A DNA stretch of 64,000 nt from Yuukianura sp. NJ FZ-2021 (Eukaryota), in assembly GCA_046563655.1 (NCBI GenBank), contig CM102289.1, positions 5,952,001 to 6,016,000 of the forward strand. Direction: 5' to 3'. This document shows, piece by piece, positions 35,401-50,400 of the stretch. A program made the position numbers and the translations under genes. Position 1 is the stretch's first letter. Each line of letters begins with the position of its first letter. The notes below the pieces were generated by a model. That model was not told the origin of the DNA. It did not search any database and worked only from the letters and a program-made list of their open reading frames with translations.

Positions 35401-38400
35401 GCATCGGTTAACATACCAGCGACATAACCATTTCAAATGCTCGTTTTCCATTTTTTAGCTTTCGATGCTACTAGTTTTCGTTTTGCTTTTTACAAAATGG
35501 TTTTGATACGCACGACAGCCTAAAAAAAGCATGGAAAATGTTTTTGTCGAAAAGTGAGGGAACTTTCGAGATTAAAAATATAAGTGATATCGTTGAACAT
35601 TTTCTATTTTGAGTTACAGAAAAATGCACTGTAGTTTTTTGTAGAAAGAGAAAACAGACAACAGTGCAATCAATGCAGACTTTCTCTTGAATTGTCATCC
35701 TGTTTGTTAGACACAGGAAAATGGAAACAGTCCCTTGGTAATTTTTCTATCGATTCTACTTTTTCTTCTGGATTATTTGAATTGAGATTCCGTGCAGAGT
35801 TGGGCAAGCTTCGTGCCTCGACTTTCAACAAGAGTGTGTCCAACTATTTGAACTTTTCGGATCAAAACCTTCTCTTCCTCTCTGCACTTTCTCCGTTTAC
35901 ATGTATGTCCAAGAAGGTCTTTAAGAAATACAAAAAGAGTCGAAAAGCGGCAAAACTTGAGTTTGATTAAGGAAGTCATGTCTCATTCAAAACGAACATC
36001 AAGACAAAGTTCAGCTGACAGGACAAATATATTTCTCAAAATTTTTAATATTTGCACATCACTTTCTGCTGCTACAGAAAAAAAGCAACACAAAGCATAT
36101 CTTTCAATTTCAACTTCTGAGTGGAACGCTTGCAAAATTCAAAAATATTCAACTTCAAGAATACAAATCCTCACCAATAAATTTTCAAAATTTCTCATTT
36201 TCAAGTTACATTTTCGTGGAGCCTGATAACCTATTTTTATAAGTCCAAGTTCAAATAAATTTATGTCAGAACCTTTTCTTTCAAAATTCTACAAAAATTT
36301 TGCCTTTTGTAGCGTAAAATGCGGATCATTTTGCTGGAAAATGAATTTCCGCTCACGGTTTGATTGTATTAATTGGTAAAGGAATGAGTTCATTTACTAA
36401 TTGAAAGAAAAAGGAACGTTTTTCTACAAAAGCGTTTACTCCTCAGGCCAATTGCTAAAAAAAGTTATAAAAGTGAAAGCGGACTTTCTCTGCCTCTTTA
36501 GTACAAAGAGCAGCTCCTGTTCTCTTTAGTCCTTGAGGCCTTTGTGCCAGTTCTGGATTTTACCTGACTCTATTCCCTGATTAGAAAAATTCCTGGAGCT
36601 ACCTTCCGTTCGTGCTGGAAGTGCGGAAAAGCAACTCTGTACTAGTGGAAGCCTTCCAGTTTTTCCCTATTAGTTTTCATATTAGAATTCTGAAGGAGAT
36701 CAGAATGTTAGATTAAAGAGAAGAAGAGAAATCAGCAATGCGACTCTATTCCAAAACTTCCGCCCTTTTCTTCCCTCTTCCAAATTCCTGTCGAATGGAA
36801 GGGGAAATGGCAAGGAGAAGCGTAGCTGAAAATAAAATCGCTGAAAGTAAAGAAATATTGGAATTGGCAAGGCCGCAGACAGCAGTGGAAGGAGACGCGC
36901 TTGATTTCAAACTCCACTTTCACCAAGTCTTTCTACAATGCCACTAACATGTACAGTGACAATTTTTAAAAATAAAAAAAACAATAATTTAGTTCAAGAC
37001 GACTTTTTGAAAATGTTAAAACCGCAGCGGTATGGTCTAGTTAGAGTAAATTACAAGAACAAAAAATTCAAATTTCCCAGCGATTTGCCAATTTTCACTT
37101 TCTTTTTTTGCTCTTTTGGTTTTTGACTTTTCGTTCACAGACTTCGGCGTATATTTTTCTATCCCAATTTTTTTTAAAAAACTCACTGTAGAATGAAAAA
37201 TTCTGCAGTGGTGGAGTATTGCATGTAGCAGTTCGATCGCTTTCTGTCGAAAAAATGCGTCTGGTGAGAATTGATTGGAGGAGACTGTCGAAGAGTGACT
37301 TCCGGAATGGGCCTCTCTTGCCCCATAATCTCAATCGCAGATTCACTTTACTTTTTTTTTGCAAAAACTATCGTTTGAGCAGCAGCACAGTACGACTGTC
37401 TCCACAGCAGTACTATTTGTAACCAAAAAAAAATGTCCCCAACAACGTAAACTAACATAACATATGCTTGCAGTCACAAAGTGACCACCGTGTCTTGTCT
37501 TCATAAACTGATCAAGTCCCTCTTAATCATAAATAATCATAAATGGGTTGGGAAATTGTTGATAAGTTCCTGCCGAATCATAAATTTTGGATTCTTTTTC
37601 TCTCCAGAGTTCAGTTTGAACGGAAAAAAGTGAAAGTGGAGAAAGTCTTTTTAGAATGGAAATTTCTTGGGTTTATTGCTTTAATAGGATTTTTGTGGAA
37701 GTGACTTTATATCCTACCACTTCCTTTTTTCCTTTCTCTACTGCCCAGCCACTACTTGGAGAAAAGTCTCAAGTCTCTGTTTAAGGGTCATGTTTCGTCC
37801 CTTAGCTTAACTCGAAGTCTGAAGAGTAGGATATCCCTTCTGCCTTACTTAGGTTACGTTAGTTTTTTCTTGTGAGGATGACTTTTAGTAGGACAGTGGA
37901 GAAAGGAGCCATTTCCTTGTCTTTTATGGCTGCTCCTTTTGGATTAGATCTTCTAAGGAAAGACGAGGAGTGAAAGAGCTCTTAGGGACTTTTCTCTGCT
38001 TTTTGGCCGAATTCGGAAATATAGATTGTGGAACTGGAGGAGTTATGTAATAAATCAAACTAGTCATCAACTCCCGCCTTACTTCAACCAAGTGACTAAC
38101 ACTTAAACCTATCATCTCTTGTCCATTTGCATGGAACACAGCGTTTCAACAATTGACCACTTAATCCTCCATCCACATTTACTTCCTAACTTTACTAACT
38201 TAAGCTAACCCATTTCAAATTTTTTTTTCAAAAATTTCAAACTATTGTCCGAAATGTTCGGTTTTGGCTTGTTGCGCAGGAACGAAAATTTCTTGGAACT
38301 GTGAAAAATTAAACATTAAGCTTAATCAAATAATCAAATTAGCAAGCTGTAGAAGATTTTATTGGAATTAGCCACAAAAAAATTCGCTTACTTTAAGTTT

Positions 38401-41400
38401 TTAGCGAGCAAGGTGAGGATACATGTAATATGTATCAGTATGTTACGTGATCCGTGAGATACATGTCGTGACTGGCATGTAACAAATCGGTTACATAGCA
38501 CCCGCCATAACAAATTGCATCATCTCATGGGGTTGATGCAATCCATCACATCAACAATTTCAAAGAAAAATTGAAACAAGAAATTGATGCTAAAATTGAA
38601 GTTCGAAAATGGTTTTATACAAATCTTGACGTTCCAATCCAATTTTCTTTAAACAAAATATCAAAGCAACAAAACATCACTTTAGATCGGATTTCTAACC
38701 TGTTGGTTCTGTGCCTTTTGAATTTGAATAGGAACTTATTCATTCCTAAACTGCCTTGACTGATGACATGACACGGAAATCTGTCAAGTCAAAGGAATAG
38801 AGAACATCCTTCTTAACGTCTTAGGGTTTCGCTGACTTTTAGCCTTGCTTATAGATTATTCTGGGTAACGCTTTTTGGTAGGAGAAAAGCCGGTTCATTT
38901 CGTTTTTTAAAATTTCAACAAAAATTCAAATATATTTTCAAATTCAGATTGGACTGTGAGAAAGAACGGAGAAGAGTATTCATCATCTTTTCTATAGGTT
39001 TTGAAAATTCTTTGCCTTTTCCTTCATTTCCTCTCTCCAGTAGAACATGATAGGATACGAATCTAACGAATTTTGGCGGAAAGTACGAAAGGAGTTATGG
39101 TTCACCAACAAAAAACTCATGGTAAAGCACATACATGGGCAAATATGGGACGTAGAATGGGAATGGGCACATCGAACAATTTTTTATGCACGCGCAAAAG
39201 TTCTTATTTTGCGAAAGAATATATCTGTCTTCACTTTTTCTTCTTCTTGCCAAAAGGAAATTGAATTGTGACGGGAAAAAAACGGATTTTTGAGACCGAA
39301 AAAAATGAGGGCGATGGAGAAAGTTCGTTTTCTTTTTCTGCTCCTTGACAGCAGCAAAGCTGTGTACGTGTAGCTAGGTGGCCTTAACTTTTTTTTGAAA
39401 AAAAAAAGTAGCAAAGATATTTTGTGATATTTTTTTCCGTTTTTCCATCTTCTTCGTGTGTGCGGTTTACTCCGTTGGGATCATAATTTTTTATCCTTTC
39501 CAACAAGTTTCAAATATTCCTTCCTTCCAGGCCCTCCGGACTCGGAATCCAACTTACCCACCCAGTTTCCAGCCAAAACAAAGTTGGAAAGGAAAGTTCT
39601 GGAAGTGTGGTGAGTCCCATGCTCCAGAAGATGAATTTCCTTGACTTTTTTCATGCCTTTCACTTGAAGCTGCCTTTGAACGTATGCATCAGAAATTGCT
39701 TTCACTTCCACTTCCTCATCTTCTTTGCGCCAAAAATAACAATCAAGGATGGAGGAGGTTGATGATCATCCCTTTAATCCCTCCCAAGAGCCACTATGAT
39801 CTTCGTAAAACACAGGCTAACCTAACCTAACGTAGTAGAATTCAAGCCGCTTTTTAATAAACTACTCCACACCAGTAGCCTCTGGACGTGTTAGCCGCAA
39901 GGATCTCATTACAAACTGTGCTCCATAGTAAATGGCGGAATACTTCAACTTGTTCCACAGCAATTTGGTCAACATACAAAATTTTTATCATTTCTAAGAA
40001 TATTCGGTTTCCAACAGTCTATCTCAATAAACAAAAAAAATATTTTGGCCTTGTCGAGTAAAGCAATTTTTTGTTTCAAATAAGTGAGGCGAATAATTTT
40101 GTAAACTTTTCTGAATTTTTTATGCATTTTGAACGTTTTGAAGAGAAAGTGAGTGAAAGATGTATATTTTTGTGTTGTTCTTTTCTTTTGCATCTCAACT
40201 TCCAACTGAAAACGGGATGAACCTGGAAGGAGAAAGTTTTCCATTAAGTGAAGCGATGCGTGAATAAGGACAAGAGGGAAAGGGAGCTCTCTTCCTTTTT
40301 TTTTGTAAAAAGACAAAGACCTCTAGAAAAAGAAAACTTTTCACCTTCTGCTCTTAAATTCTGGCAGAGGAGTGAAAGTGGAGAAAGTGAAATGCAGAAG
40401 GACGATGGAAAGTGATGATAATCCAACGAGAAAGTTCTTAAAATATTTCATCTTCCGTCACTCCCCATCTCCCCTCTTCCGTCTTCGTTTTCATCTCAAT
40501 GAAGTTCCTCTTCTTTTATGACCCAAAATACGATGCCCGGGAACTTTCAAATTTTCAAAATTTTAACTTCTCCCACCTTCTGCTTGTCTGCACAAAACAA
40601 GATCCGATTTCTATTTTCTTTTGCTCTCACTCTCATTAATTCTTTCCAGTTTCTAGGTAGTAATTCGTAAGATTAAGATTATTTTTGAAATTAAATGCAA
40701 AAGCAGGTTGGTTTACGCTTTAGTTTAGGTCAAACTTAGGTTTAGGAGTTAGGATGGCAGTATGCTGCCAAATTAGACCTAAATTATGCTGTTGAAATAA
40801 AATTAAATTGCATGTGTTTTTGATCGAGCTAACAAAGTAGCAAAAGCTGCAAAAGTTTTGCGACAAACAGGAGCAAATTGTGAAAAATATTTGTCGTTTA
40901 AGATTCCAGACAACTACGTGTTTTTTGTGGCGAAATTTAAGTTGCAAAATACGAAAATGGCGGCAATTTCAAATTAAAAGACGTGTCAAGAGGAGGATGT
41001 GGCCAAACGTACATGACAGACCACCAAAAATGATGATGAGGGAAAAAAGATTTCTTTATTAATTCTTCGCGCGTTTTCATTCTTCATTTTCCTTGTTGGG
41101 CAGGAAGAGGTCTTAAGGTGGAGCATAGGAGAAGGTGGTAGAATCTGAGAGAAAAGTAATTTAGAAAATCCATAAGTGAAAGTATCCTTTCTCTGCGGAA
41201 TCGAAGGGAAGGCCTTTGTGTATTGGCAATTCATCTTCCGTCTTAAAGGACATGCGGAGCACAACTCTACTTTCTCCATCCATCTCCGTCCTGCCTTCCG
41301 CCCATTTATTTCCCAACTCAAGTGGAGACCTAGGCGGAAATCAGACTAATTTCCTATCCTAAATGTCCTGCTTTCACCGAACAAAAAAGAGGAGAAACAC

Positions 41401-44400
41401 TTTCTCTCCCTTGTGCATTCATTATTAGAAACTTAAATTAAAAAAGACCAAGGAACAAGTGAAATTAGACTTTTGGGATTTTTTAGTAGTTTGAACGACT
41501 TGGTGATTTATTCAATTTTACGAAAACTTTCACTAAAAAGCTTTTTAACCCATTTCATGTGTCTGCCTGTCCGTTTTGTTTTTGGAAATTACGAAGCTTA
41601 AATGTAAGAAATTTGAAATTACTTAATGATTTAGCAATATATAGAATTAAAATTGTTCAAACCATTTCGAGATTTTGCAAATTTAACTTTTTGTTTCCTA
41701 TGTTTTTAATAGAAACAATAGAAATGGGTTACGGTGTAGAAAACACCTTCGCTACTTCGGTATAACTCTTCTTTGTGTATGCCTTCGACGTGGCCTTGAG
41801 CCCATGCACTCTTCTCCTCTCTAATTAAATATTCTTCTGACATTTTTCCAAAGAAAAAGTTAAGTTAAACTTTACACAAAAAATTTACTTTTTTAAGGAA
41901 AGTAAATCCAAAACTTTTTTCTTCCTAATTTTTTTTTCTTTGGCATAAATGTATGAATTTTGGTGCCGCCTGGAGGTGAATTTTGATAGGAAAAGGACGT
42001 CCCCTTTTCCTTCTGATTTTTAGTTCACTTCTAATTGGAATCAACAAAATGCCTCAAAGTCTGAGTCTCCAAAAGAAGTAAGAAAAAAGTTTTTGAATTT
42101 TCCCTGGTTCCAAATAAGACTTTCCCTTCCTTAAGAGAAGACGTAGCTGGGAAAAAGAGATTTCCTTCAGATTTCCCTTGAGTCCTTTACGACGAGAGAT
42201 GACATCCTCCCAAAAATCTTACCAATCCACAAAATCCAACTGTAGTACGTTTGTCATAAGGAAATCAATGGGAGGCACAGGAAGAAGAAGAAAACAGACT
42301 AAGAAGACTCAATATCTTATTCCTAATTCAAATTTTGGAACGACAGAGATGATTCTCTCTCTTGTGATTTTTTTCTGATCACCACCGAAATCGAGATTTC
42401 GCGCGAAAACTGAAGAAAGAAGCCACTTTTTCAAATAATTCAAATGATAGTTGGGCTTGTAGAGTAATTGTAAATGGGTAGAGCCTTCTTAAGGTTTGCT
42501 TTACGAACTTTGCCAAAATTTTACTTCAGACTGGTTCCAAATCAGATACCTGGCGGGAGAGAGTAGAAAGTTTGAAAACGGGCACCATTACTCCTGTGTT
42601 CAAAAACTACCTTTGGCACTCTGAACTAAAGAAACTGTAGAGAAAGAGGAGAGAGTAAGTAGGAATTCACTGGAGAAAGTGCTGTGCTCCTGCCTTTAAT
42701 TAATGATTCCAATGGACCAATTTCCCACGTTTTCTTTGCACAAATAGTTCTTTACCTGCTTTCTCTTTTTAAACGTGAGAAACTGTACAAAAAAGCGAAA
42801 AGTTTCAAGTTTCATTGCCATCCAGTTTCTGTATTTTGTACTTTTACTCAAGACGAAAATAAACTCAAAATCCTTCAGAATCCAATCAAGCTCTCTCCAC
42901 TCTAAACAAACTTTTAATCCAAGTTTCTTAAGTACAACTTTTCAAGTTTGAAAATAAAAGTACATAAGGCTTTACCTGGGATTGAAATCATGGCGTTCAA
43001 AGCTCACGCAGGTTTTTCACGATAAAATTTTTGAGATCAAAGGCTCGCATTGCTGGTTTGAGCTCCACTTTCACTTTCATTGACTCTATAATTAGGTTTT
43101 GAGTGTAGCTGAAGTATTGTGACCTAATTATTAAGATATACTTCATGTTCCAGAAGTATATTGGAAGCGACATGGGATTTAGGTTTTGTTCAGTATATTA
43201 GCTTAGGCTATGTGATGCTTTCTCTGCATGAGTTAGGTTTCGGGTTTAGTTTCTAATTTACGGTGGTTTTTAGTCGTGGTGAACCAAAGCGTGTAACAAG
43301 CATTCCTTATTTGGAATTAGAATGTAATTAAATTTTGTGGCGGGAGAAAAGGCAGATTTAAAGTTTCTAATAAAACTTTGTACTTTCTCTTCTCCTTTGC
43401 TACAGTCAATATTCTATTACAAGTTTCCAAAAATTCATTGTTATTTAACTTTTCAAAATTTGAAGTTTTGGAAACTCATAAGAGCCTAAAACTTAACTTT
43501 CTCTGTTCGCTTTTGAACTTAATGAATTGCGGTATTGGAGTTTGAGGTATTCGCGGTACTACAAGAGAACAACCATACGAGAAAGTAAATAGCAAATATC
43601 ACTAAAGTAGAGAAGTGGTTTCGATAGGACTTATTTTGAATTTGAATGTTTCGTAGTATTATATTGGAGCGGGCTCTTGGTGGGATATTTTAAATTTCCT
43701 GCGGTTTGACATTTGGGAATAATTTTGGGTTTCATATTGAACTTCCTTAAGGGAGTCTCGACCTACTTCCCACAACATTAATTTCTCCATAAATATCTTG
43801 GATAGGAGTCACCAAAATCCTGGAAGGAGCAAATACTTATAGGACTGTGAGAATCTCTGAATTGGGACTTGGAGTACATATCCTAGAGTTTAGAATCTAG
43901 AATTCAAAAGAGCACTATATTTTGTAGGAGGAGGAAAACGGAACAATCAAGTCAGATCCTAAATCCTTTCAACTTCATAAATTAGGAAATTATGCCGGGA
44001 TTTACAAATTCAAAAGTACAAGCCATTGGATTTGAATTGCTAACTTATAGGCATCGTTTACGAGAAAACGCACGGAGCAAATCCAAATTATTTACAGGCA
44101 GGAAAATTTCTGCAACTTAACTTCTAAAGTAATCGTTTCATTCAGAGTCACGGGAAAACATTTCTTTAACTCTGATACGTACTGTGTTTAAAAAAAAACG
44201 CTTTTAATTAATAATTAACCACTTATTAATTATTAGTCAAGGTTTGTATTTTAACAAGTTGGTTTTCCGGGAAGAATTTTTTTCTCACAGAGTTTATAAA
44301 ACGAGCAGGAGAATAATTTCATAAAAGTAATTTAAAATTACTTAACATTTTAAAAGCGAACTTTAAAAAAAAACTTGTATTGAGCTTTGTGCAAAAAAAA

Positions 44401-47400
44401 ATTCATTAAGGTTTTAGTTATGAGAATTTTAATCAAAACTCGTGTCTTTCTCACGATAGTGACGGCTGTAATGGCCGTGGATGCTGCTATTTCGCAGAAA
44501 CAAGTAAAAAAAATTTTTTTTAATTGATAAAAAAATAAATTTTGAAAATAAATGTTGTTAGCTTTACTAAATTCTAATTTGTAAGGACACACTGAGATTC
44601 CGTGGACGTTTACAACAATACCCGTATGAGATTCTCGAGAAAATTACATATCCGGTCCCAAGTTCAATCGTATCCATTCGGATAAACAGAATGGAGTTGG
44701 TTCCGTTGAAATTTGTCCAAGAAATAGAAAAATTTGGGCAAGTTCAAGAAATTGAGCTCGTCGATGTCGTCTGGCGTGGAAATTTTTCTGAAAAATTAAC
44801 ATTTCCGAAGTTGACCCGGATTGAAATTTCCAGGAAAAATTGGATGTTTGCGGAAAGTTCTCCAGAAGATTTTTGGGACATGTTATTTTTTACTACATCA
44901 GAAAAGGCGTCGTCTATGAACAACCTTAAAATATCTATTTTTGCTGAGCTTGGAGGTCAATTTTTATATGACGAAGGGGTGTTGGAAATGTACGAAATTC
45001 CGTATGACCTTCAACGATACTTTCCTTATACGGAGCTTATAGCTTATGACACGGTCATTGATCTGTCAACATTCAAAGGATTAGGGGTGCACGAATTCGG
45101 TGCAATGGACTCTAGCCTAATCCATGGGACGTCAGATTACTTACTACAAAAACTTGAAGATATTGTTCGGTAAGTAAACAGAATCGTAGGTATATTTTTT
45201 TTTAGAGATAGCGCACAAAATAATTATTTACTCCATGGTTTTATTATTACTGTAAGTTCGATTAATTGAGTGCAACATTTTGGCAGGTTGGATTTACGGT
45301 TTCTGACCTTTGACACGGAAACTTTATCGTACAAATTGAGTTCACTCCATAGTCATTCGCTGGAGCACCTTACTCTAATGGGTGCCCATCGTGTATACAC
45401 TGCTTTGACAATAACTCAAAGTGTTGTACAATTTCCAAAATTGGTTAGTCTATTTATTACCAGTGCAACATTGCCTACATTTGGAATCAAATCAGGAACA
45501 AATTTAACCCGCATTGGGTTTTACAACATTTCGTCAACGCGCGCAGAAAATTTTGAGTTCATGAGATCATTGCCCTTGCTCACGCGCGTAATGATCACTG
45601 GAATTCATGGGTCAGCAACTGGCTACGTGAACTTTGACCTGTCTTTGCTTCGACAGTCCAGTAATACCCTTCAAAAATTAAGTCTAGGCATTGCCAAAGT
45701 CACGCTCACCTCTTGGGATTTGACGTTTTCAAACATGAAGGAACTAGAATTGCTAGAAAATTGCAAACTGGATGGCGGAGTCAAGACGTCCTTTTCAAAT
45801 ATATTTAACACGACAAACGAAATGTATTTGGAATATCAACTTACAGACGACCTTTTGAATTCAGTACGCAATACGTCCGTGTCCACGATCTGGATCTTTG
45901 GAGTTGACCGAATTCCTACTAAATACGTTGGAGTGCAGAAATTTCTGGAACAAGCAAATGTGAAACCTGGCGCAGTTGGGGTACAATTAAAGAAAGTTAA
46001 CGACTCCTGGCAATCTATGAGAAATATTTTCGGAGAAAAAAAGAAATACGACCAAGAAGAAACTTGGTTCAATGTATACTTTTTCGGTCTTTTGGTCCTT
46101 TGCTTTTTTGGAATCTTTGGAAATGTTACGTCAATTGCTGTGTTATCAAGAAAGGCTATGATGAGTTCTACAAGTTGCATTATGATTGCCCTTGCACTGT
46201 GTGATCTTGGAATTCTCGTGTCACTTGCTGCATCTATTCCCTTGTATGGATTTAAATTGGTCACACTGTTTCCCACAATTCTGGCACTTCCGCATGAAGC
46301 GTTGGATTCATTTGCATTATTCCCACTTTTGGGAGAAAAGCCAACGGAAGTCATGCTTTCACTTGAACATTTTCAATCTAGCTACATTTATCCATTTTCG
46401 AAAACAGGTAAAGACAAAAAAATTCAATACAAATTCCGTAACATATAACGAAAATTACAAAGTGTAAATTACAGCAAATCAAGTTGATAATTTTGGCTGT
46501 TACTTTTTGGTAGCATACAGTGCGTCAATATACGTCACAATTCTGTTGACGCTTGAAAGATTTGCAGCGGTATGCTTCCCTCTCAACGTGAAGTCTTGGT
46601 CAAGCAAAAAGAAAGCAATCAGAATCTGCGTCTTGATTTTCTTTGGAGCTATTGTGATTAACTGCCCACGATGGTTGGAAAACATTGGGTCAAAGGTCAG
46701 ACTCATATTCCTAAGAACAAAGAAAGAGCTCAAAGGTGTAATCTCGAGGGACTACGACAGTGGAAACATTCTACGCAACAAATTCTACAGAGAATATTAC
46801 CATGGATACGGCTGGACAGTTCTGATGTACCTCATTCCAATTCCACTTCTTACAATTTTGAACATTACAATACTAGTTCAGGTTAGTTGACATGGGACGT
46901 TTTGAAAAATCAAAAAAATCTTGAGTTCTATGCCTTTCTTTACATTTCTTTAGGCAATAAGGTCATCAAAAACACGTGGAACAATGACCAGGTCAACCCA
47001 GGACAATGACATTGCGGCTCTTACTATGATGCTTCTCTGTGTCAGTATCTGCTTCATCTTTAGTAACACGCTGAATGGTGCCATTATTTGGTATTTTGTG
47101 TCTTTTGGAACCTATGACCCCAGAGACGTTGAAGTCTTCTCTTCTATCCCACTCATGTTCAACTCATCAACAAATTTTGTTTTTTATAGCTTGTTAGGCA
47201 AAAAATTTAGAAAGCATTTGGGTATCATGTTGCAAAAATTGCGGTGTTGGAGATGCTAATCTACTCAAAAAACTTTCGGTTAGATTTAAAAAAATTTCTA
47301 AGCTACTAAAACTAAAGCTTAGCAAGTAGAAAAAAAAGTGTGTTAATTAGAATGCGCGGTATTTGTGTTGATGAATTTAAAACTCACTCCGTTAATTACC

Positions 47401-50400
47401 ATTCGACGCGCAGCGTAAGATTTTTTAAAATGTGGTTTTCCTGGAAATTAGAGTGCTAATTTGCAGGTTATATATAACTAGAGGCAAATATCCAGTCAAG
47501 GCGATTTCAACAAAATTCATGTAATAACGATTTGCTAGTTCTAAAAACCTACCTTGTTTTAAATATTTAAAAAAGCTACTTTTTAAAAAAAAACGAGTTA
47601 TTTTTGTTTAAATTTAGTTATGATTTCTGTTATAAAAATTCGTTTCTTATTCGACATTTTGTCGATTGTCATTCTCATTGGAACAGTGGCAAATGGTCTT
47701 AAGCAACAAATGGTAATGGATTTTAAAATTTTCAGTAATTTTTGAATATAAATTGCATGTATTGTAATTAGTATCCAGAAGAAATGAGAATCCGTGGAGA
47801 ACTGCAGCAATACCCTTACGAACTCCTGGAGAAGATTGAACACAGCAATCCAGAGTCAATCAAGTTCCTTGGAATACACAAAGTGGAAATTGTTCCGTCA
47901 CAATTCACAGAGGAATTGGAGAAATTTGAAAACCTTGAAGAAATTGAACTTGTGGATGTGATTTGGAAGGGAAATTTCTCCAAAAAGTTAACTTTTGCGA
48001 ATTTGAGCAGAGTAGAAATTTCCAGGAAAAATTGGTCATTTTCCAATAGTTCCGCAATTGAATTCTGGGACATGTTGTTTTTCACTTCGCCTGAAGAATC
48101 TATGACCCAAGTTACAATCTTAATTTTCGCTGAACTTGGAGGGCAATTTTTCTACGACGAAGAGCATTTGGAAGTTTCTGAAATTCCTTATGACCTTCAA
48201 CCATACTTTCCTCATAAGGCGGTAAGCGCTTATGACACGGTCATTGACCTATCGAAATTTAACGGATCAGGAGTACTGGATTTTGCGGCGATGGATTCTA
48301 GCGTTGTTCATGGGACCTCGGATGATCTGCTAAGAAACCTTGCATATATTGTTCGGTGAGTAAACATTGTTTTATTAAAATTGCTAATATTATTTAGTTA
48401 TATGTAATTTAGAATGTGTTTTTTAAGTTTGGAATTACGTTTCTTGACCTTCGACGACAAAATTTTATCATACAACCTTGCCTCTCTCCATGTTCAGTCG
48501 CTTGAATCTCTCGTCCTAGTTGGCGGGCGTCGCGTATATGCTTCACTAATACCGACTCGTAATTTAATACATTTTCCAAAGTTGACTACCTTTATGGTTA
48601 CAACTACGGTACTCTCAACGTATGGATTAAAATTTTCTGATACAACGTTAACGACTATTTGGTTGTATAACATCACCTTGGTGAGCAAAACTGATCTGGA
48701 CTTTATACGGTATTTGACCTCGCTCAAATCAGTTGGTGTCACAGGATCTGAAGCGTCAACAACTACTTACGTGGACTTTGACCTATCACTGCTTCAAATG
48801 TCCCGCAAAACTGTCTCTACATTATTTCTTCAAATGAGCAAAATCACAGTCACAACTTCTGATTGGGAGTTTTCCAATATACGGTCACTGGAAGTGGTAA
48901 ATTGCATTTTAGACAGCGCCACCATGAGCTCATTTTCGAACATTTTCTATCAAACAGAAAAAATGGGTTTCGAATATCAACTAACTGATGAGCTTTTGGA
49001 TTCAGTACTAAATACTTCCGTATCGACAATTTGGATTCATTCAGTCAATAAAATTTCTACGGAAAATGTGAGAGTGAAAATTTTTTTGACTCAAGCAAAT
49101 GTTGAACCTGGTGCAAGCAGGGTAGAGCTGAAGAAGGTCAATGAGTCATGGACAGCAGTGCAAAATATATTTGAAGAGAAAACAAACATTGATCGTGAAG
49201 AAGCTTGGCTCAATTTCTACGTTTTCGGTCTTATGATTCTTAGTGTTTTTGGAATTTTTGGAAATGTCATGTCAATTGCTGTGTTGTCTAGAAAGACAAT
49301 GATGAGTTCTACAAGCCGTATTATGATTGCTCTTGCCCTTTGTGACCTTGGAATACTCGTGTCACTTGCTGCATCAATTCCTCTGTTCGGATTTAAACTG
49401 GTCACGTTATTCCCCGAAATTCTGGAAGTTCCTTATGATACATTGGATTCAGTTAAATTATTTTCAATTTGGGAAGGACATCCGATTGGTCTCGTTCTTT
49501 CTCTTGAACGATTTCAATCCAGCTACATTTATCCAATATCGAAAACAGGTAAAACAAAAAAAAACATATAAAATGTTTAATTTTTATACTCAACCGCATT
49601 TGTCGTTGGTGTTTCTGTAGCATACAGTGCATCAATATACATTACGATTCTACTGACGATTGAAAGATTTGCAGCAGTATGCTTTCCTCTCAAAGTGAGG
49701 TTCTGGACAAGCAAGAAAAAAGCAACTACAATGTGCATCTTGATTTTCCTTGGAGCTATTCTAATCAACTCTCCAAGGTGGCTAGAAAACATTGGGTCAA
49801 ATGTCAGAATTATTTTCTTGAGGACAAAGAAAGTATACAAAGGAGTCATCTTAAGGGACTACGATGGACCAAATATTCTACAGCACAAATTCTACAGAGA
49901 GTATTACCATGGATATGGCTGGACGACACTGATGTACCTCATCCCAATTCCACTTCTTACAATACTTAATATTACGATACTGGTACAGGTGAGTGAAGCA
50001 GCTAGAAACATTTTCTTTGTAATGTTTGAATATGCTAAACTTAAGTTTTCTATAATTACCTAGGCAAAGAGGTCAGCGAACACGCGAGGAGCAATGACAA
50101 GGTCAGCGAGCACGCGAGGGGCAATGACCAGGTCAGCGAGCACGCGAGAAACAATGACAAGGTCAACACAGGACAGTGACATGGCTGCTCTGACTACGAT
50201 GCTTCTATGCGTCAGTATGTGCTTCATCTTTAGCAACGCTGTCAATGGTGCCATACTTTGGTATTTTGTGTCTTTTGGAACGTATGACCCCAGAGACATT
50301 GAAGTCTTCTCGTGTATCCCACTCATGTTCAACTGCTCGACAAACTTCGTTTTCTACTTCTTGTTAGGCAAAAAATTTCGAAACGAATTGGGTATCATGT

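Noticed and set aside
38418..38542. Cluster of short palindromes (GATACAT..ATGTATC; TTGCATCA..TGATGCAA) as a miRNA or Helitron end
   Set aside because: Stems are only 7-8 bp, too short for a pre-miRNA, and there are no supporting element ends.
42976..42991. Alternative first coding exon for the minus dpr (ATG ATT TCA ATC CCA G|GTAAAG)
   Set aside because: The phase is correct, but it encodes only 5 aa with an upstream in-frame stop and no signal peptide. Exon 61642-61573 fits much better.
34230..44300. Many 60-120 aa ORFs in dpr introns (also 22300-26400 and 50500-64000)
   Set aside because: K/F/L-rich translations typical of AT-rich non-coding DNA, with no domain motifs or consistent splice structure.
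45836..46354. 172-aa minus-strand ORF and similar ORFs at 47816-50332
   Set aside because: Antisense shadows of the GPCR exons.
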